The notes: a model not told the origin generated them from the letters alone. A stretch of DNA of 64,000 nucleotides from Okamejei kenojei (GCA_035221665.1 CM069155.1:29822001-29886000), one strand, 5' to 3'; positions 13,059-24,999 are shown, counted from the first letter of the stretch. Numbers and translations are program-made.

Positions 13059-13107
13059 ATGTCCTGCTGGATCCGTGCAGTCTACGCATTGGCGTTTTCA
13101 GCAGTTT
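13059..13107 (+). CDS. Ig light chain type II (lambda) cluster 1, leader exon
   Basis: ATG at 13059 encodes MSCWIRAVYALAFSAV, followed by a phase-1 donor T|GTGAGT. A paralogous exon is at 46694. Confidence 0.92.
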
Positions 13108-13224
13108 GTGAGTATTATACTTCCACCGAGATGATATTTAATATCGAGTAGATCGAACGTTTTTTTTTTCCTGACACTTTTCCTGATTCTCAAATATTGT
13201 CAAATTTTCCAGATCTTTTTCCAG

Positions 13225-13566
13225 ATCTTAATGCGGAAGCTACAGTAAACCAGCCGCCTTCAACGTCTACGTCCACGGGGCAGAAAGTGGAAATATCCTG
13301 CATCATATCTGGCTACAGTTTAGGAAGTGACAATGTTTACTGGTACCAGCAGATTCTCGGAAAAGTGCCACGATATCTGCTCTACCATTACTCGAGCACC
13401 GTTTCCAGAGCCTCGGGGGTTCCTGAACGTTTCTCTGGATCAGTGTCGGGCAACACTGCCACATTGATAATATCGAACGTGCAATCGGAGGACGCCGCGG
13501 ACTACTACTGTGCTGTGTGGAAAGATTATTACATCTTCGGCAAAGGGACGAGGCTGGGTATTGGCA
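13225..13566 (+). CDS. IGLV: Ig light chain type II (lambda) cluster 1, germline-joined VJ exon
   Basis: Acceptor TTTTCCAG ends at 13224. Translation is (Y)LNA-EATVNQP..ISC..WYQQ..GVPERFSGS..EDAADYYC-AVWKDYYI-FGKGTRLGIG, then donor A|GTAAGT. V and J are contiguous and in frame with no RSS. Confidence 0.96.
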
Positions 13567-13775
13567 GTAAGTAAAATATCTCCAATCTATACGTTCTTGA
13601 TACTGCAGTAAAAATAGTTAGTGTTGTGTTAATGAATGGTTCAAACAAAAGGGTTTTAAAGATTATACTTTCTAAATCGCCGACCGCGATCGAATCTCCA
13701 TTGGGAAAATCGTTCACGTATCCTATCAAAGTGCCAAATACCTGTCCGCCTGTTGTGTTTTATTATTAATTAGAC

Positions 13776-14078
13776 CATAGAATCATAGAATCATAGAATC
13801 ATAGAAAATAGGTGCAGGAGTAAGCCATTCGGCCCTTCGAGCCTGCACCGCCATTCAATATCATCATGTCTGATCATCCAACTCAGTATCCTGTACCTGC
13901 CTTCTCTCCATACCCCCTGATCCCTTTAGCCACAAGGGCCACATCTAACTCCCTCTTAAATATAGCCAATGAACTGGCCTCAACTACCTTCTGTGGCAGA
14001 GAACTTCACAGACTCACCACTCTGTGTGAAAAAAGATCTTCTCATCTCGGTCCTAAAAGACTTCCCCCTTATCCTTAA
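13776..14078 (-). mobile_element. CR1 LINE 3' end
   Basis: (CATAGAAT)n tail and sequence nearly identical to the CR1 3' end at 18023-18330. Confidence 0.88.
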
Positions 14079-14652
14079 ATTGGGTCACGATCACACGGGA
14101 GGCCTGGTCCCCCAACGCAACCCGTTCCCCAACGCAATATTCCATCACTCACCCGTTACCCCAACGCAACCCGTTCCCCCAACGCACTAATCCACCTCTC
14201 ACCCGTTCCCCCATATTCCAGCACTGACGCATAGCCCCCAACTGCGGAGGGGCTGCCCATTTCGCCTCATTCAAAATTCAGTGTACTGTGACTTAAATTT
14301 CATTTTTTTAATGCACCCTCCCTCCATACTGCCAGGAACATACTTGCTGCCAGGAATATTTTTTAAAAGGGATAGCAACATTGCTGTGCTGGCAGCCTGG
14401 CATGACTGTGTGCCAACATTACAACATTGTAGCATTATGTAGTCATAGCTGCAGAAATAGCTACAGATTGAAGGTTTTTTTTCTCAAATCTTGACTTTTT
14501 AAATTAAAAAAATGTGAAATTACACTTATAACATCAATCTGAATTCAACTTGACGCAGACCACCACATGACAATGGTGAGTAAGGTAGTGCAAAAAAATT
14601 AGCGCTATTGTGTATCGTTTTGACGTAATTTCGGGATCACATGTAATCACAT

Positions 14653-14654
<2 letters not shown>

Positions 14655-14738
<84 letters not shown>
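14655..14738 (+). repeat. (GACA)n microsatellite
   Basis: About 21 perfect units. Confidence 0.95.
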
Positions 14739-14964
14739 GAGAGTTATAACATTGTTTTTTTACCGTTTTGGATGGCACCTATGCTTCTGTTGGAAGATGC
14801 ACCTTCCAATATAGCAATAATTTTGCGTTGATGCCCCCCACGAAATATGGGATATAGTTCTGAATATCAAGAAAATGCACATATTTTTAAAAAGTGCAAT
14901 CTACGATGTTATTGGTTGCAATCGAATAACCTGTATGGCATCTGCAGCTTCCAGATCTACCAGC

Positions 14965-15247
14965 GGTACAGTTGCGCAGCTGGTAGAGCTGCTGTCTCAC
15001 AGCACCAGAGACGTGGTTTCTATCCTGACTCCGGGTGCTGTCCGTGCGTGGAATTTGCACGTTCTCCCTGTGACCGCGTGGGTTTCCTCCAGGTGCTCCA
15101 TTTACGCCTCATATCCCAAAGACATGCTGGTTTGTCCGAAAATTAATCCTAGTGTGGATGAGGAAGTGGGATAACGTTGAATTAGTGTGAACTGGTGACA
15201 GATGGTCGGTGTGAACTCAATGGGCGGTAAGGCCGTTTCCATGCTTG
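14965..15247 (+). mobile_element. tRNA-derived SINE (V-SINE/HE1-like)
   Basis: A-box-like GCGCAGCTGGTAGAG, degenerate B-box, central GGAATTTGCACGTTCTCCCTGTGACCGCGTGGGTTTCCTCC and a CR1-like tail. Confidence 0.8.
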
Positions 15248-16621
15248 TAGATGGATTTTTGGTATCCAATGAAATAAAGAAAGGAACAAATAAACCGATG
15301 ATTTAGTCGATTAATTAGAACGGACCTCTTCAGATGTTCAAAGACTTTAAGTCATATTCCAAGAGGACCTACAACTAAATTTAGAATTGTCCTGTTTTTT
15401 GGGGGTTTTTTTAATGCTTACAAACTTATTTGAACGAGTGAACTGGTTTTTTTTGCTCCGCGAAAGAAAGTCATAGCGTTCCTATGGTGCTGAACTATCG
15501 GATTCAAAATGTAACCCGAATATCCTTCTGAAGCAACAATAACACGGAGCGAAAAGTAACGCCCGATATTAGAGTTCAAATCGCCGAGTATTATGAATGT
15601 TTCCTTTTTAAATCCTGTGCATTCAAATGTTTGATTATTTCACTTCTATAATTTCAATATCTCTGCACCCAAATATTGCCGCTAATCATTTGCTGTTAAA
15701 TCCGATATCGAATTCCTTTTCTCATTTTAAATTCCGATGTCTATGAGTTATGTGTGAAATGTAATTATCGTTCCACTTTCTGCGTGAAAAAATTGCAATC
15801 ACGAGTACAATCACGAATATAACGATTTTACCTGAAAATAACTTTTAAAAATGTGAAAGCAAATTACCATTTGAAGTTCTGAATCATATCAGTTGAACTC
15901 GTTTTTATTCCGCGAAACGTCTCGCAACTGATTTGTGTTTGCGCCATTGGGTGCAAGGAGTAAAATTCGCTGTTTCACTTAAGAAACTTGAGCTGAATTA
16001 TTAATTCAAAGATTAGAGGCAGACCAAGGAAAGAAAACATGTACATTTCAGCATTCAGTTAAAAAAATTCAAATGCGGAAAAACAGTAAATTTAACCTTG
16101 CCGCAAAATAAGTTCCGAGCGTCAATGGCCAAGGCAGTCAAATATTCTTAGTCGTGCATTTACGCCAGCCATTAATAACACTCTGGTGTTTGGTTTTCAG
16201 TAACAAACAGGTGAACAGGGTAAGTGTCTAAATGCGATCTAAGCTTTAAGAGAGGGCAGCGGGTGAAAATGTGAATCGCAGCTGGCAAACAGGTATAACG
16301 CCCGATTTTTTGTTAGACTGACGCCTATGCAAATAATGCTCTGGAGATCAATTATAGATTCTGCCCAAATAATGTATTTTAAATGATTGCACATACTCTG
16401 CCCCATTGCCACCGACACAAATTAAACTTTGGAGATTTCACCTGGAAAATTACTTCACGTGTTCAATTTTAATAGATCGAAATTAGTTGAGGAAAGGAAT
16501 ATCATTTCACTACAATGAATGGATACGTGCGATAAACAATTATTTCTTAAACTAAAAATGATACCTTTCATCCGAAGCAGTTCTTCAACCCGAATAATCT
16601 AATTATTTTTTGTTTAATCAG

Positions 16622-16944
16622 AACCTGTGCCCCCCGCGGTGTCCGTCCTTTCACCTTCAGGGGAAGAAATCACGGCCAAGGGCACCGCCACCCTGGTGTG
16701 TTTGGTGAGCGGGTTTAAGCCGGGAGCTGTGGACATTGAGTGGACAGTGGACGGCAGTGCGAGAAGTGATGGCGTTGAGACCAGCCGAATCCAGCAGGAG
16801 GCGGACAACACGTTCAGTGCGAGCAGTTACCTGACTCTGCCCGCCACAGTCTGGAACTCACACGAGCTTTACTCCTGTGTGGTTAAACACGAGACCCAGG
16901 CTAACCCGCTGCAGGGAAACATCGCCAGATCCGGCTGTGTGTAA
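16622..16944 (+). CDS. IGLC: Ig light chain type II (lambda) cluster 1, constant exon
   Basis: Acceptor TTTAATCAG ends at 16621, phase 1. Translation is (K)PVPPAVSVL..ATLVCLVSGF.PG..IEW..VETSRIQQEADNTFS..WNSHELYSCVVKH..RSGCV*, a C1-set domain with the penultimate Cys used for heavy-chain linkage. Confidence 0.96.
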
Positions 16945-17155
16945 AACATATAGATTCCAACTAACGAGCTGAAAAAATATTTTATTTCCGTCTTTCTTTC
17001 ACTTGTCAAAAATGGATATAAAAATATTATTTGTTATCGACTAGCATTTGCGTTTAAATCATCCATTGTCTTGCCATTTGTAAAGGTTAATTACATCAAA
17101 GCAATCCCATTGTTAATTGAAACCGTTCATCTGTTAAATGCATCCACAAATATTC

Positions 17156-17161
17156 ATTAAA
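17156..17161 (+). terminator. Probable polyadenylation signal ATTAAA, cluster 1
   Basis: CAAATATTCATTAAAA is conserved at 50168-50183 in the cluster-2 3' UTR and is followed by GT/T-rich sequence. Confidence 0.6.
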
Positions 17162-17544
17162 AGTCTGTAGTCTACATTCTGGTTTGTTTTGCTTCGTAAT
17201 AATATTTTCAAACACACTCTCGACTAAAATTAATGAACCAATCTCAAGAGCAATACATTTCTTTGACATTTATTTCTGATGCAGATAAAGTCACATGTAT
17301 TCAATCGACCTTCATGATTTTACCTAATGGAAGAACTGCGATAAAGGTTACCGAACGTTATTTAAAAACTGGTGTGACTATATGTTGGTTCGCATACCCG
17401 CGCGCGCAGACACGCACACACTCACACTAATACAAAGGCGCTTCTTGCACAATCCCATCAGAGAGTGACCACTAACCGTTGCATAAGATCCTACTAATCA
17501 CTTGGAAATTCCGATGAATTTCATCCTGGAGTGAAATGGATGGG

Positions 17545-17709
17545 GCTGGTATTGAGTGAGAGTAATGGAAGGCAACCGGGGAGCCCGGAGAAACCCACAT
17601 TATTACGTGGATAATGTGCAAACTCCCAGCCTTGGTCAGGATCGAACCCTGGTCTCTAGAGTTGAGAGGCAGCAGATCCACTCCACACAGATGCGCCGCT
17701 GTGCCGCCC
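17545..17709 (-). mobile_element. tRNA-derived SINE fragment
   Basis: Reverse complement of the SINE head and core (GGATCGAACCC B-box, GAAACCCAC). Confidence 0.7.
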
Positions 17710-18022
17710 TACAATATATAGTATATATGCATCTGTAACATTCTTAGTGGTATTAGCAGAACATTTGCAGACGGTATTTGACCTGATTAGTGTGTGCAAG
17801 ACTGAAGTTTGCAGTCTTCATAAAATGTAGAACAGTACAGCAAACGAACAAGCCCGTCGGCACACCATGTCTCTGCCGACATGAAGCCAAAACCAAAGCT
17901 TATTTGCATGCACTTGATCCGTATCCCTGCATTCATATATATACTCACCAGCCTCTGTGTATGAAAATTTCCCCGCGCCTCTCACATTAAAGCTGTGCCA
18001 TCCGGTCCTTGATATTTCCATT

Positions 18023-20545
18023 CATAGAAACATAGACATTGAAAAATAGGTGCAGGAGTAGGCCATTCGGCCCTTCGAGCCTGCACGGCCATTCAATATG
18101 ATCATGGCTGATCATCCAACTCAGTATCCCGTACCTGCCTTCTCTCCATACCCCCTGATCCATTTAGCCACAAGAGCCACATCCAACTCCCTTTTGAATA
18201 TAGCCAAAGAACTCGCCTCAACGACCTTCTGTGGCAGAGAATTCCAGAGACTCACCACTCTCTGTGTAAAGAATGTTTTCCTCATCTCGGTCCTAAATGA
18301 ATTCCCCCTTATCCTTAGACTGTGACCCCTTGTTTGGACTCCCCAACATCGGGAACACTCTTCCTGCATCTAGCTTGTCCAGCCCCTTAAGAATTTTGTA
18401 CTTCATCCATACAGTCTTTAAATACCTTCCATTGCACATCCACTGTCAACCCTTTAAGATTCACCTACCAGTCTATCTTGGCCAATTCACGGCTCAAACC
18501 TTCATAGTTACCTTTGTTTAAGTTCAGAACCCTTGTTTTTGACTTAATTATGTCACTCTCCATCCTAATGAAGAACTCAATCATATTATGGTCACTCTTG
18601 CCCAAGGTGCCACGCACAACAAGACTGCTAAGTAACCCTTCCTCTCTACTAATTCTAACTGCTCTCTCGTTGGTTTCCTCCACATGCTGGTTTAGAAAAC
18701 TATCCCGTATACATTCCAGGAAATCATCTTCCTCGGCACCCCTGCCAATTTGATTCACCCAATCTATATGCAGAATGAAGTTACCCATTATAACTGTGTT
18801 ACCCTTGTTGCACGCACTTCTAATTTCCTGTTTGATGCCTTCCCCAACTCCAATACTACTGTTAGGTGGCCTGTACACAACTCCCACTAGAGTTTTCTGC
18901 CCCTTAGTTTCGCAGCTCTACCCATATAGATCCCACATCCTCCAAGCTAATGTCCTTCCTTTCTATTGCATTAATCTCCTCTCTCACCAGCAATGCTACA
19001 CCACCTCCTTTTCCTTTCCGTCTATCCCTCCTGAATATTGTATATCCCTGGATGTCCAGCTCCCAGCCTTGATCACCCTGGAGCCATGTCTCCGTGATCC
19101 CAACTATAGCATAGTAATTAATAGCTATCTGCACCTTCAACTCATCCACCTTATTACGAATGCTACTCGCATTGAGACACAAAGCCTTCAGGCTTGTTTT
19201 TACAACACTTTTACCCTATATACAATTATGTTGGCAAGTGGCCCCTTTTGATTTTTTTCCTGGATTTGTCTGCCAGCCACTATTAATTTTCACCTTGCTA
19301 CCACTTGCTTCTATTGTCATTTTATACCCCTCTTTCTCTCTGCTCACACCTTTAAGACACCCACCACCTCATATTCTCTGTTTATTTTTTTTCTTCTTCC
19401 CCTGTACATGTTGGGTCTGAGTGCTTCCCTTCTCTGCCTCCTGCCTCAGACACCGTCTTCTAGCTATCTCTATTTGAGTCCCTCCCCCCCAACCTATCTA
19501 GTTTATAGTCCCCCCAGTAGCCTTTGCAAATATCCCCGCCAAGATACTGGTCCCCCTTGGGTTCAAGTGCAACCCGTCCTTTTTATACAGTTCACTCCTT
19601 CCCGAAAGAGATTCCAATGATCCAGAAACTTGAACCCCTGCCCTCCACACCAGTCCTTCAGCCACGCGTTTATCCTCCACCTTGCTCCACTCCTACTCTC
19701 ACTGTCGCGTGGCACAGGAAGTAGTCCTGAGATTGTTATCTTTGTGGTCCTTTTCCATACCTCTCTTCCTAACTCCCTAAATTCTCCTTTTAGGACCTCT
19801 TCTCTTTTTTTACCTATGTCGTTGGTACCAATACGTACCACGACCTCAGGCTCCTCTCCCTCCCTTTTCAGGATATCTTGGACACGTTCAGTCACATCCC
19901 GGACCCTGGCACCAGGGAGGCAAACTACCATCCAGGTCTCCGGACTGCGTCCACAGAATCGCCAATCTGACCCCCTAACTATGGAGTCCCCTATTACTAA
20001 TGCCCTCCTCTTTTTTTCCTTATGCTTCTGAGCATCAGGGTCGGTCTCTGTACCAGAGGCCTGGTCGCTGTTGCTACCCCCAGGTAGGCTGTCCACCCCA
20101 ACAGCACTCAAACTGGAGTACCTATTTTCAAGGTGTACAGTCACAGGGGTACTCTCTAGCCCCTGCCTCTGCCCCTTACCCTTCCTAACTGTGACCCACT
20201 TGTCTGCCTCCTGTGGTTTTGGAGTGACTACCTCCCTGTAGCTCCTCTCTATGATCTCCTCACTCTCCCTGACCAGACGAAGGTCATTGAGCTGCTGCTC
20301 CAGGTTCCTAACACAGGTCCTTTAGGAGCCCCATCTCGACACACCTGGTGCAGATGCGGATGTCTGGAGGGCTATCAGATTCCTTGACCTCCCACATCTG
20401 ACATCCACAACAGTACACTGCCCTGGCCTTTATACTCCCCCCCTTACACAGGATACAATATCAACACAATACAAAGTACACTACAAACTGCTGAAATCTG
20501 ACTGCCAATCAGCTGCTTACCCTAGTCCACGTCCCACCAATCAGC
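18023..20545 (-). mobile_element. CR1 LINE with ORF1 (SGNH esterase) and endonuclease, RT internally deleted
   Basis: ORF1 has ALVIGDSIVRG, GTNDI and DGLHLN; the endonuclease has NASSIRNK, GITETWL, VYRPP and GKSDHN. The sequence jumps directly to the 3' end near 18400. Confidence 0.9.
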
Positions 20546-20549
20546 GGGA

Positions 20550-21700
20550 TTCTGGGGAGAAAGGGTTATGACTCTCAGCCCTATCTATGACTCTCATAAT
20601 TATGTATACTTTTGGTAGGTCCCACCTCATCCTCGGGCGTTACAGGTAAATCAATCCAGATATGTCTCACCTCATCTTGTGTTTATTCTGGTTAAACTAC
20701 ATCTGCCATTTTGTCACCCATTTCTGCACCTGGTCTCTATCCTACTGAGCATCATTCTGCTAAACATCCTCTGCATCCTTTGTAAAGCCTCCACATCCAT
20801 CTAGTATTGGACCGCTCAGAAATGTAGACAGTAGCCACACTGAAGCATAGCAATGTCATAAAAGTAGCATCATGACTCTATGGCCGCTATCCTCAATGCC
20901 CTGACCAATTAAGGCAAGCATGCCGTATATCTTCTTAACACTATATCTAGTTGTATTGTTTATTTCAGAGAATTACGGACTTGGCTCCTATGCTCGCTCT
21001 GTACACCAATACTGTTGTAGTTAATTCTATATTTTCCCCTTGCAATCGACCTCCTAAAGTGCCGCACCTCACACTTATTCTGGTTAAACTACATCTGCCA
21101 TTTTGTTGACCATTTCTGTCCCTGGTCTCTTTCCTGCTGTATATGTTGACAGCCCGCAGTCCGCAACCCAAGCAATCTTGGTGTCATCTGCAAAATTACT
21201 ACCAACCCATCTACATTTACAACCAAGTAATTCATATATATCACACGCATCCGAGGAAGATGCACATGTTGCTGCAGACCTCCATATCTCATCGATTTCC
21301 TGCTTGAAAATAGTCCTTCCACCACAACACTCTAACTTCTATCCGTAAACTAGTTCCAAATCCACACGACCAAGTCACTGTTAATCCCGTGCATCTTAAT
21401 CTTCTGGATCAGCCTACCATGGGGGACTTTATCAAATGCCTTATAAAATCCACGTGCACAATGTCCACTGCCGGGTATTGATTACCTTGGTCACCTCCTC
21501 AAAAACTTCAATCGAGTTAGTAAGGCACCAACTTCCGCAGATAAAGCCATGCAAATTAATATGTCTAATTCAACCATTCTCTTCCAAATCCCAATCCAAA
21601 GAATCCTCTCCGTAGTTAATCTATCACTGATTAGTGGCGCACGGGCCCATACATTCCCGGATTCTCTCTACTTCCCCGGTTAAACAAAGGAACAACATTA
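20550..21700 (-). mobile_element. Ancient CR1 RT remnant
   Basis: KWQM and GTGTCATCTGCAAA (FADDT on the minus strand). A counterpart lies at about 50580-50970 downstream of cluster 2. Confidence 0.65.
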
Positions 21701-22364
21701 ATTTTACTTCGGAGTCACGTGAGTGACTATGTGAAGAAGCCCTGCCTGGCGCTTGCTCGGCATTAAGTCGACGCATGTGAAGCTCGGACAGGGTGGAGCT
21801 CCCACCAGCCTAAGTTTAACCCGCAGGTAAGTCGCTGTTGAACTTTCTTGCTAGTGGGCTTAAACTCTGTAAGTCTGCAGAGCCAGCTAGAGTGCTGATG
21901 TATTTTGAAAAATCTTTTAAAACTCTGTAACTCTGGCTCGAAATACGGAGCCAGCTAGAGTGAATGTATTTTTAAACTGCTGTAATTTAATAGAATCCGC
22001 TGGAACCGCAGTTTCCGATCTAGATCGGATCGGGAGATAAGGGCTGCTTTAAAAGCCGGCTCCCGCTATTTACCGCTATTTAGATCGGGTTTGGAGATAA
22101 CGGCTGCGCTAAATGCCGGTTCCAAATACCCAGTAATTGTTAAATAAAGTCTGCTCTGAGTATATATTACCAGATGCAGTTTCTTTATGGAAATGTATAT
22201 AACCCTGTGTGATACTGAGGTTAATACAGATATTTTGCAAGCAGAATGTGCCTGTCAGAATTACAATTTTATACATATATGGTTTATGCATAAATACAAG
22301 ATAGTAAAGAAGTAACTCTCCTCCAAGGGAGGACAAGAATGTGGGGAAGGCTGGAAATGGAGAA

Positions 22365-22850
22365 AATGCTCCACACTTGACTTAGTCAAGGGTTCTTGAC
22401 CTAGGTATGTCTTCCTGTAAGGCAGGCTCCAAAGGAGTTTCCATACGCTGAGTATGGTGCCTATGAAAATGGGATTCTGATTCTCCAGTACCTTGGTTAG
22501 GTCTGGATGAGATCCCTAGAGCAAGATAAAATGCTCCAAATTCTAATCAGTTAAGGGTTCTAAAGACCCATGAGACTCTAAGGCAGGCTCTGAAGGAGTT
22601 TCCATACACAGAGTATGGTGCCTATAAAGAATGAGAATCTCATTCTCCAGTGCCTTACATAGGTCTGGATGAAGTATTTAGAGCAAGATAAAATGCTCAA
22701 AATTCTAAACAATTAAGGGTTTTAAGACCCATGAGATTCTAAGACAGTCTCCGAAAGGAGTTTCCATACACTGAGTATGGTGCCTATGAAAAATGAGAAT
22801 CTCATTCACCAGTGTCTTGTTTAGGTCTGGATGAAGTCTCCTAGAGCAAA
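22365..22850 (+). repeat. Tandem repeat, about 162-bp unit x3, in DIRS gag
   Basis: GGAGTTTCCATAC recurs at 22434, 22595 and 22757. Confidence 0.9.
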
Positions 22851-24904
22851 GACTCGGGAGTACCAGGGCAGGATGAAACTGACCCTGAAGCTGGTGTCCC
22901 TACTTATGTGTATACACCAGAGCACAATAGAAACACTCCGGGTGTTCCCGATGTAGCACCAAGTTTTGCTATATCGGTATGGACTGGTGAGGCTATGGAT
23001 GAACCTGGCGGCCAACATTATTTGGTTTCTCACCTACTCCAAGAAACTGTTATGACTGAAACAGTAAAAAATATATAAAACACCCATCCATTGTGCCTCG
23101 CTCAGAGTGCCAACAGTAACTCAGTAATGGGGCACCCATGAGTGTAATGATGCGAGGACAGGAAATGTGTTCCAGCATGTCCTCTAGCTGATATTCAGTT
23201 GGCATCACTGCATTTGGGGTCGATAATGTCCAATACTTTTAAGACATGCTTGCGTTACTCTGCAATGCATATTTGAACCCAATTGTATGATGAAAATTGC
23301 CAATTGGCTAACATTATACCCAAAAAATGCAGGATTATGTGGGCAAGCTATAACCAGATTTATGATTGATGAAAAACTGCCCAAACAATTAAGGATATTT
23401 GCCTTATAAAACTTCTCATCCCTGCTTTGAGAAAACAAACAGGTTGAATACAAACTCCTATATTAAGAGAAGGAGATCTTCTGGTTCATTTACGGAAGTA
23501 CAGAAACGTCATTCCATCACACATGGAATTTCTGGGAAACAACCTCTGGTTGGTTGTAAGATTGCAATTGGTTTGTAATTCTGCATTAAATCTGATCAGC
23601 TTGGTGTTTGAATGTACCAGGAACTCGTCAGGTAGAGATAATATATCCCAGACACAAGTATGGGGGTTGCTGAGTCTTTCTGGGAATCACAAACTTAAAT
23701 TTATAGTTCAGTATAGGTAATTTTTAAAAAAGTACACTTCAACACTGTAACGAAGTTGTTATCACAAGGCTGCTATATGGCTATTATTAGACCTAAAAAA
23801 GATGCCTTATTATTCAGGTACTTAAATTAATTGGATGGGTCAGCTGAAGGAATTGCCTAATGGGTTAAATTCAGCCCTCAGATTGCTCACACAATTATTG
23901 AAACCAGCACTGGTGTTAATGAGGGCTCAGAATCACATTGTAATTACTTATCTAGAGGATATGTTAATTGTAAATGGGAGACAGCTGAAGAACTGGGTTC
24001 AGCGACCATAAGCCTATTGAAAGGCTAAGGTTCTGTACATCCAAACAACATGTAAGTTACAGGCATCCCAAACAATTGATTATTTGGGGTTTGTCATTAA
24101 TACAGTTGATATGTCAGTAACTTTACCAACAATTAAGGTTGGGGATGTTACAAATGCCTGTACTTGTCTTGGTAAAAAACATTATCCCACCATCCAAGAA
24201 GTAGCTACGGTTACTGGTAAAGTGATAGTGGTAAAGTAAAGTGATCTAAGTCTACAAAGACCAGAGAATAAGCGTAAAAAGCGTGCAGGTCATTGATTAG
24301 GTCCATGCAGTTACCAACTAAAAAGGTTGAGCTGAATTGCAATGATGGATTTTCAATGTTGCACAAGTTACTAGAAGTAAAAATGTGCTTGTTCAGTAGT
24401 CTTCAGTGGTATTACAGACTGATGGGAGTGCTCTCGGATGGGGAGCCAAGGACAGCGACACCAGTTGTGGTGGTCGATGGACTGTCCAAGACGATTTAAT
24501 TCTCCAAACACATGGTATGAATTATTTGGAGTTATTGGGAGTAGACAATACCACAGCTGTGGGAGAAGACAATATTTGGTAAGACAACAGATCACGAAAG
24601 TTCAATGACAATACAGAATGAATGTTAAAAATCAAAAAGTTTAAAAACATTAAAATAAAAAAAGATTGTCAGACAGTATGAGTACCAAATGTTGATCTGT
24701 TGTGTCTGGATTAAATCTCCAGTGGTCTAAATGTGTCTCATGGGAGCCAGACCCAGGAGCATTAGCAGTGGATGCATTTGCGCTACATTGGGGAAGTATA
24801 GTCTTTTATGTTTTTGCCATTTCGCCTGATTAAGCAATGTGTCACCGAAATAGAGCAAGTCTCCACCGCAGGCATTTGGTGTTTCCAAACTGGTATTGCT
24901 TCTC

Positions 24905-24999
24905 GGGGGTACACAAAAGGCTGGAGAAACTCAGTGGGTGCAGCAGCATCTAAGGAGCGAAGGAGATAGGCGACGTTTCGGGTCGAGACCCTTCTTCAG
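24905..24999 (-). mobile_element. Short Penelope-pLTR insertion carrying a minimal hammerhead motif
   Basis: TSD ACTGGTATTGCTTCTC at 24889-24904 and 25000-25015. The minus strand of 24972-24999 reads CTGAAGA-A-GGGTCTCGACCC-GAAACGTC. Confidence 0.85.

Larger units (their letters stand above)
13770..14750 (-). mobile_element. Non-autonomous Helitron-like element in the J-C intron, with a nested CR1 3' fragment and a (CAGA)n tract
   Basis: 14078-14140 resembles the terminus of the Helitron at 61182 (AATTGGG..GGGAGG.CTGGTC.CCAACGCAA). TTAGAC at 13770 is probably the split CTAGAC end. The block is absent from the cluster-2 intron. Confidence 0.5.

Noticed and set aside
13500-13520. TACTGTG in FR3 as a cryptic RSS heptamer
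   Set aside because: It is dictated by the Tyr-Cys codons, and no nonamer is visible at 12 or 23 bp spacing.
13197-13574. ORF-track start codons for the V and C ORFs (13197, 16627, 46832, 49620)
   Set aside because: These are intronic or internal codons. The real starts are the leader ATGs at 13059 and 46694, joined by phase-1 splicing.
19563-20144. SGNH esterase as a host enzyme gene
   Set aside because: It is the known esterase domain of CR1 ORF1 and is present in three CR1 copies here.
22365-22850. Regularly spaced repeats resembling a CRISPR array
   Set aside because: The whole unit repeats with no unique spacers, it lies inside a eukaryotic DIRS gag, and there are no cas genes.
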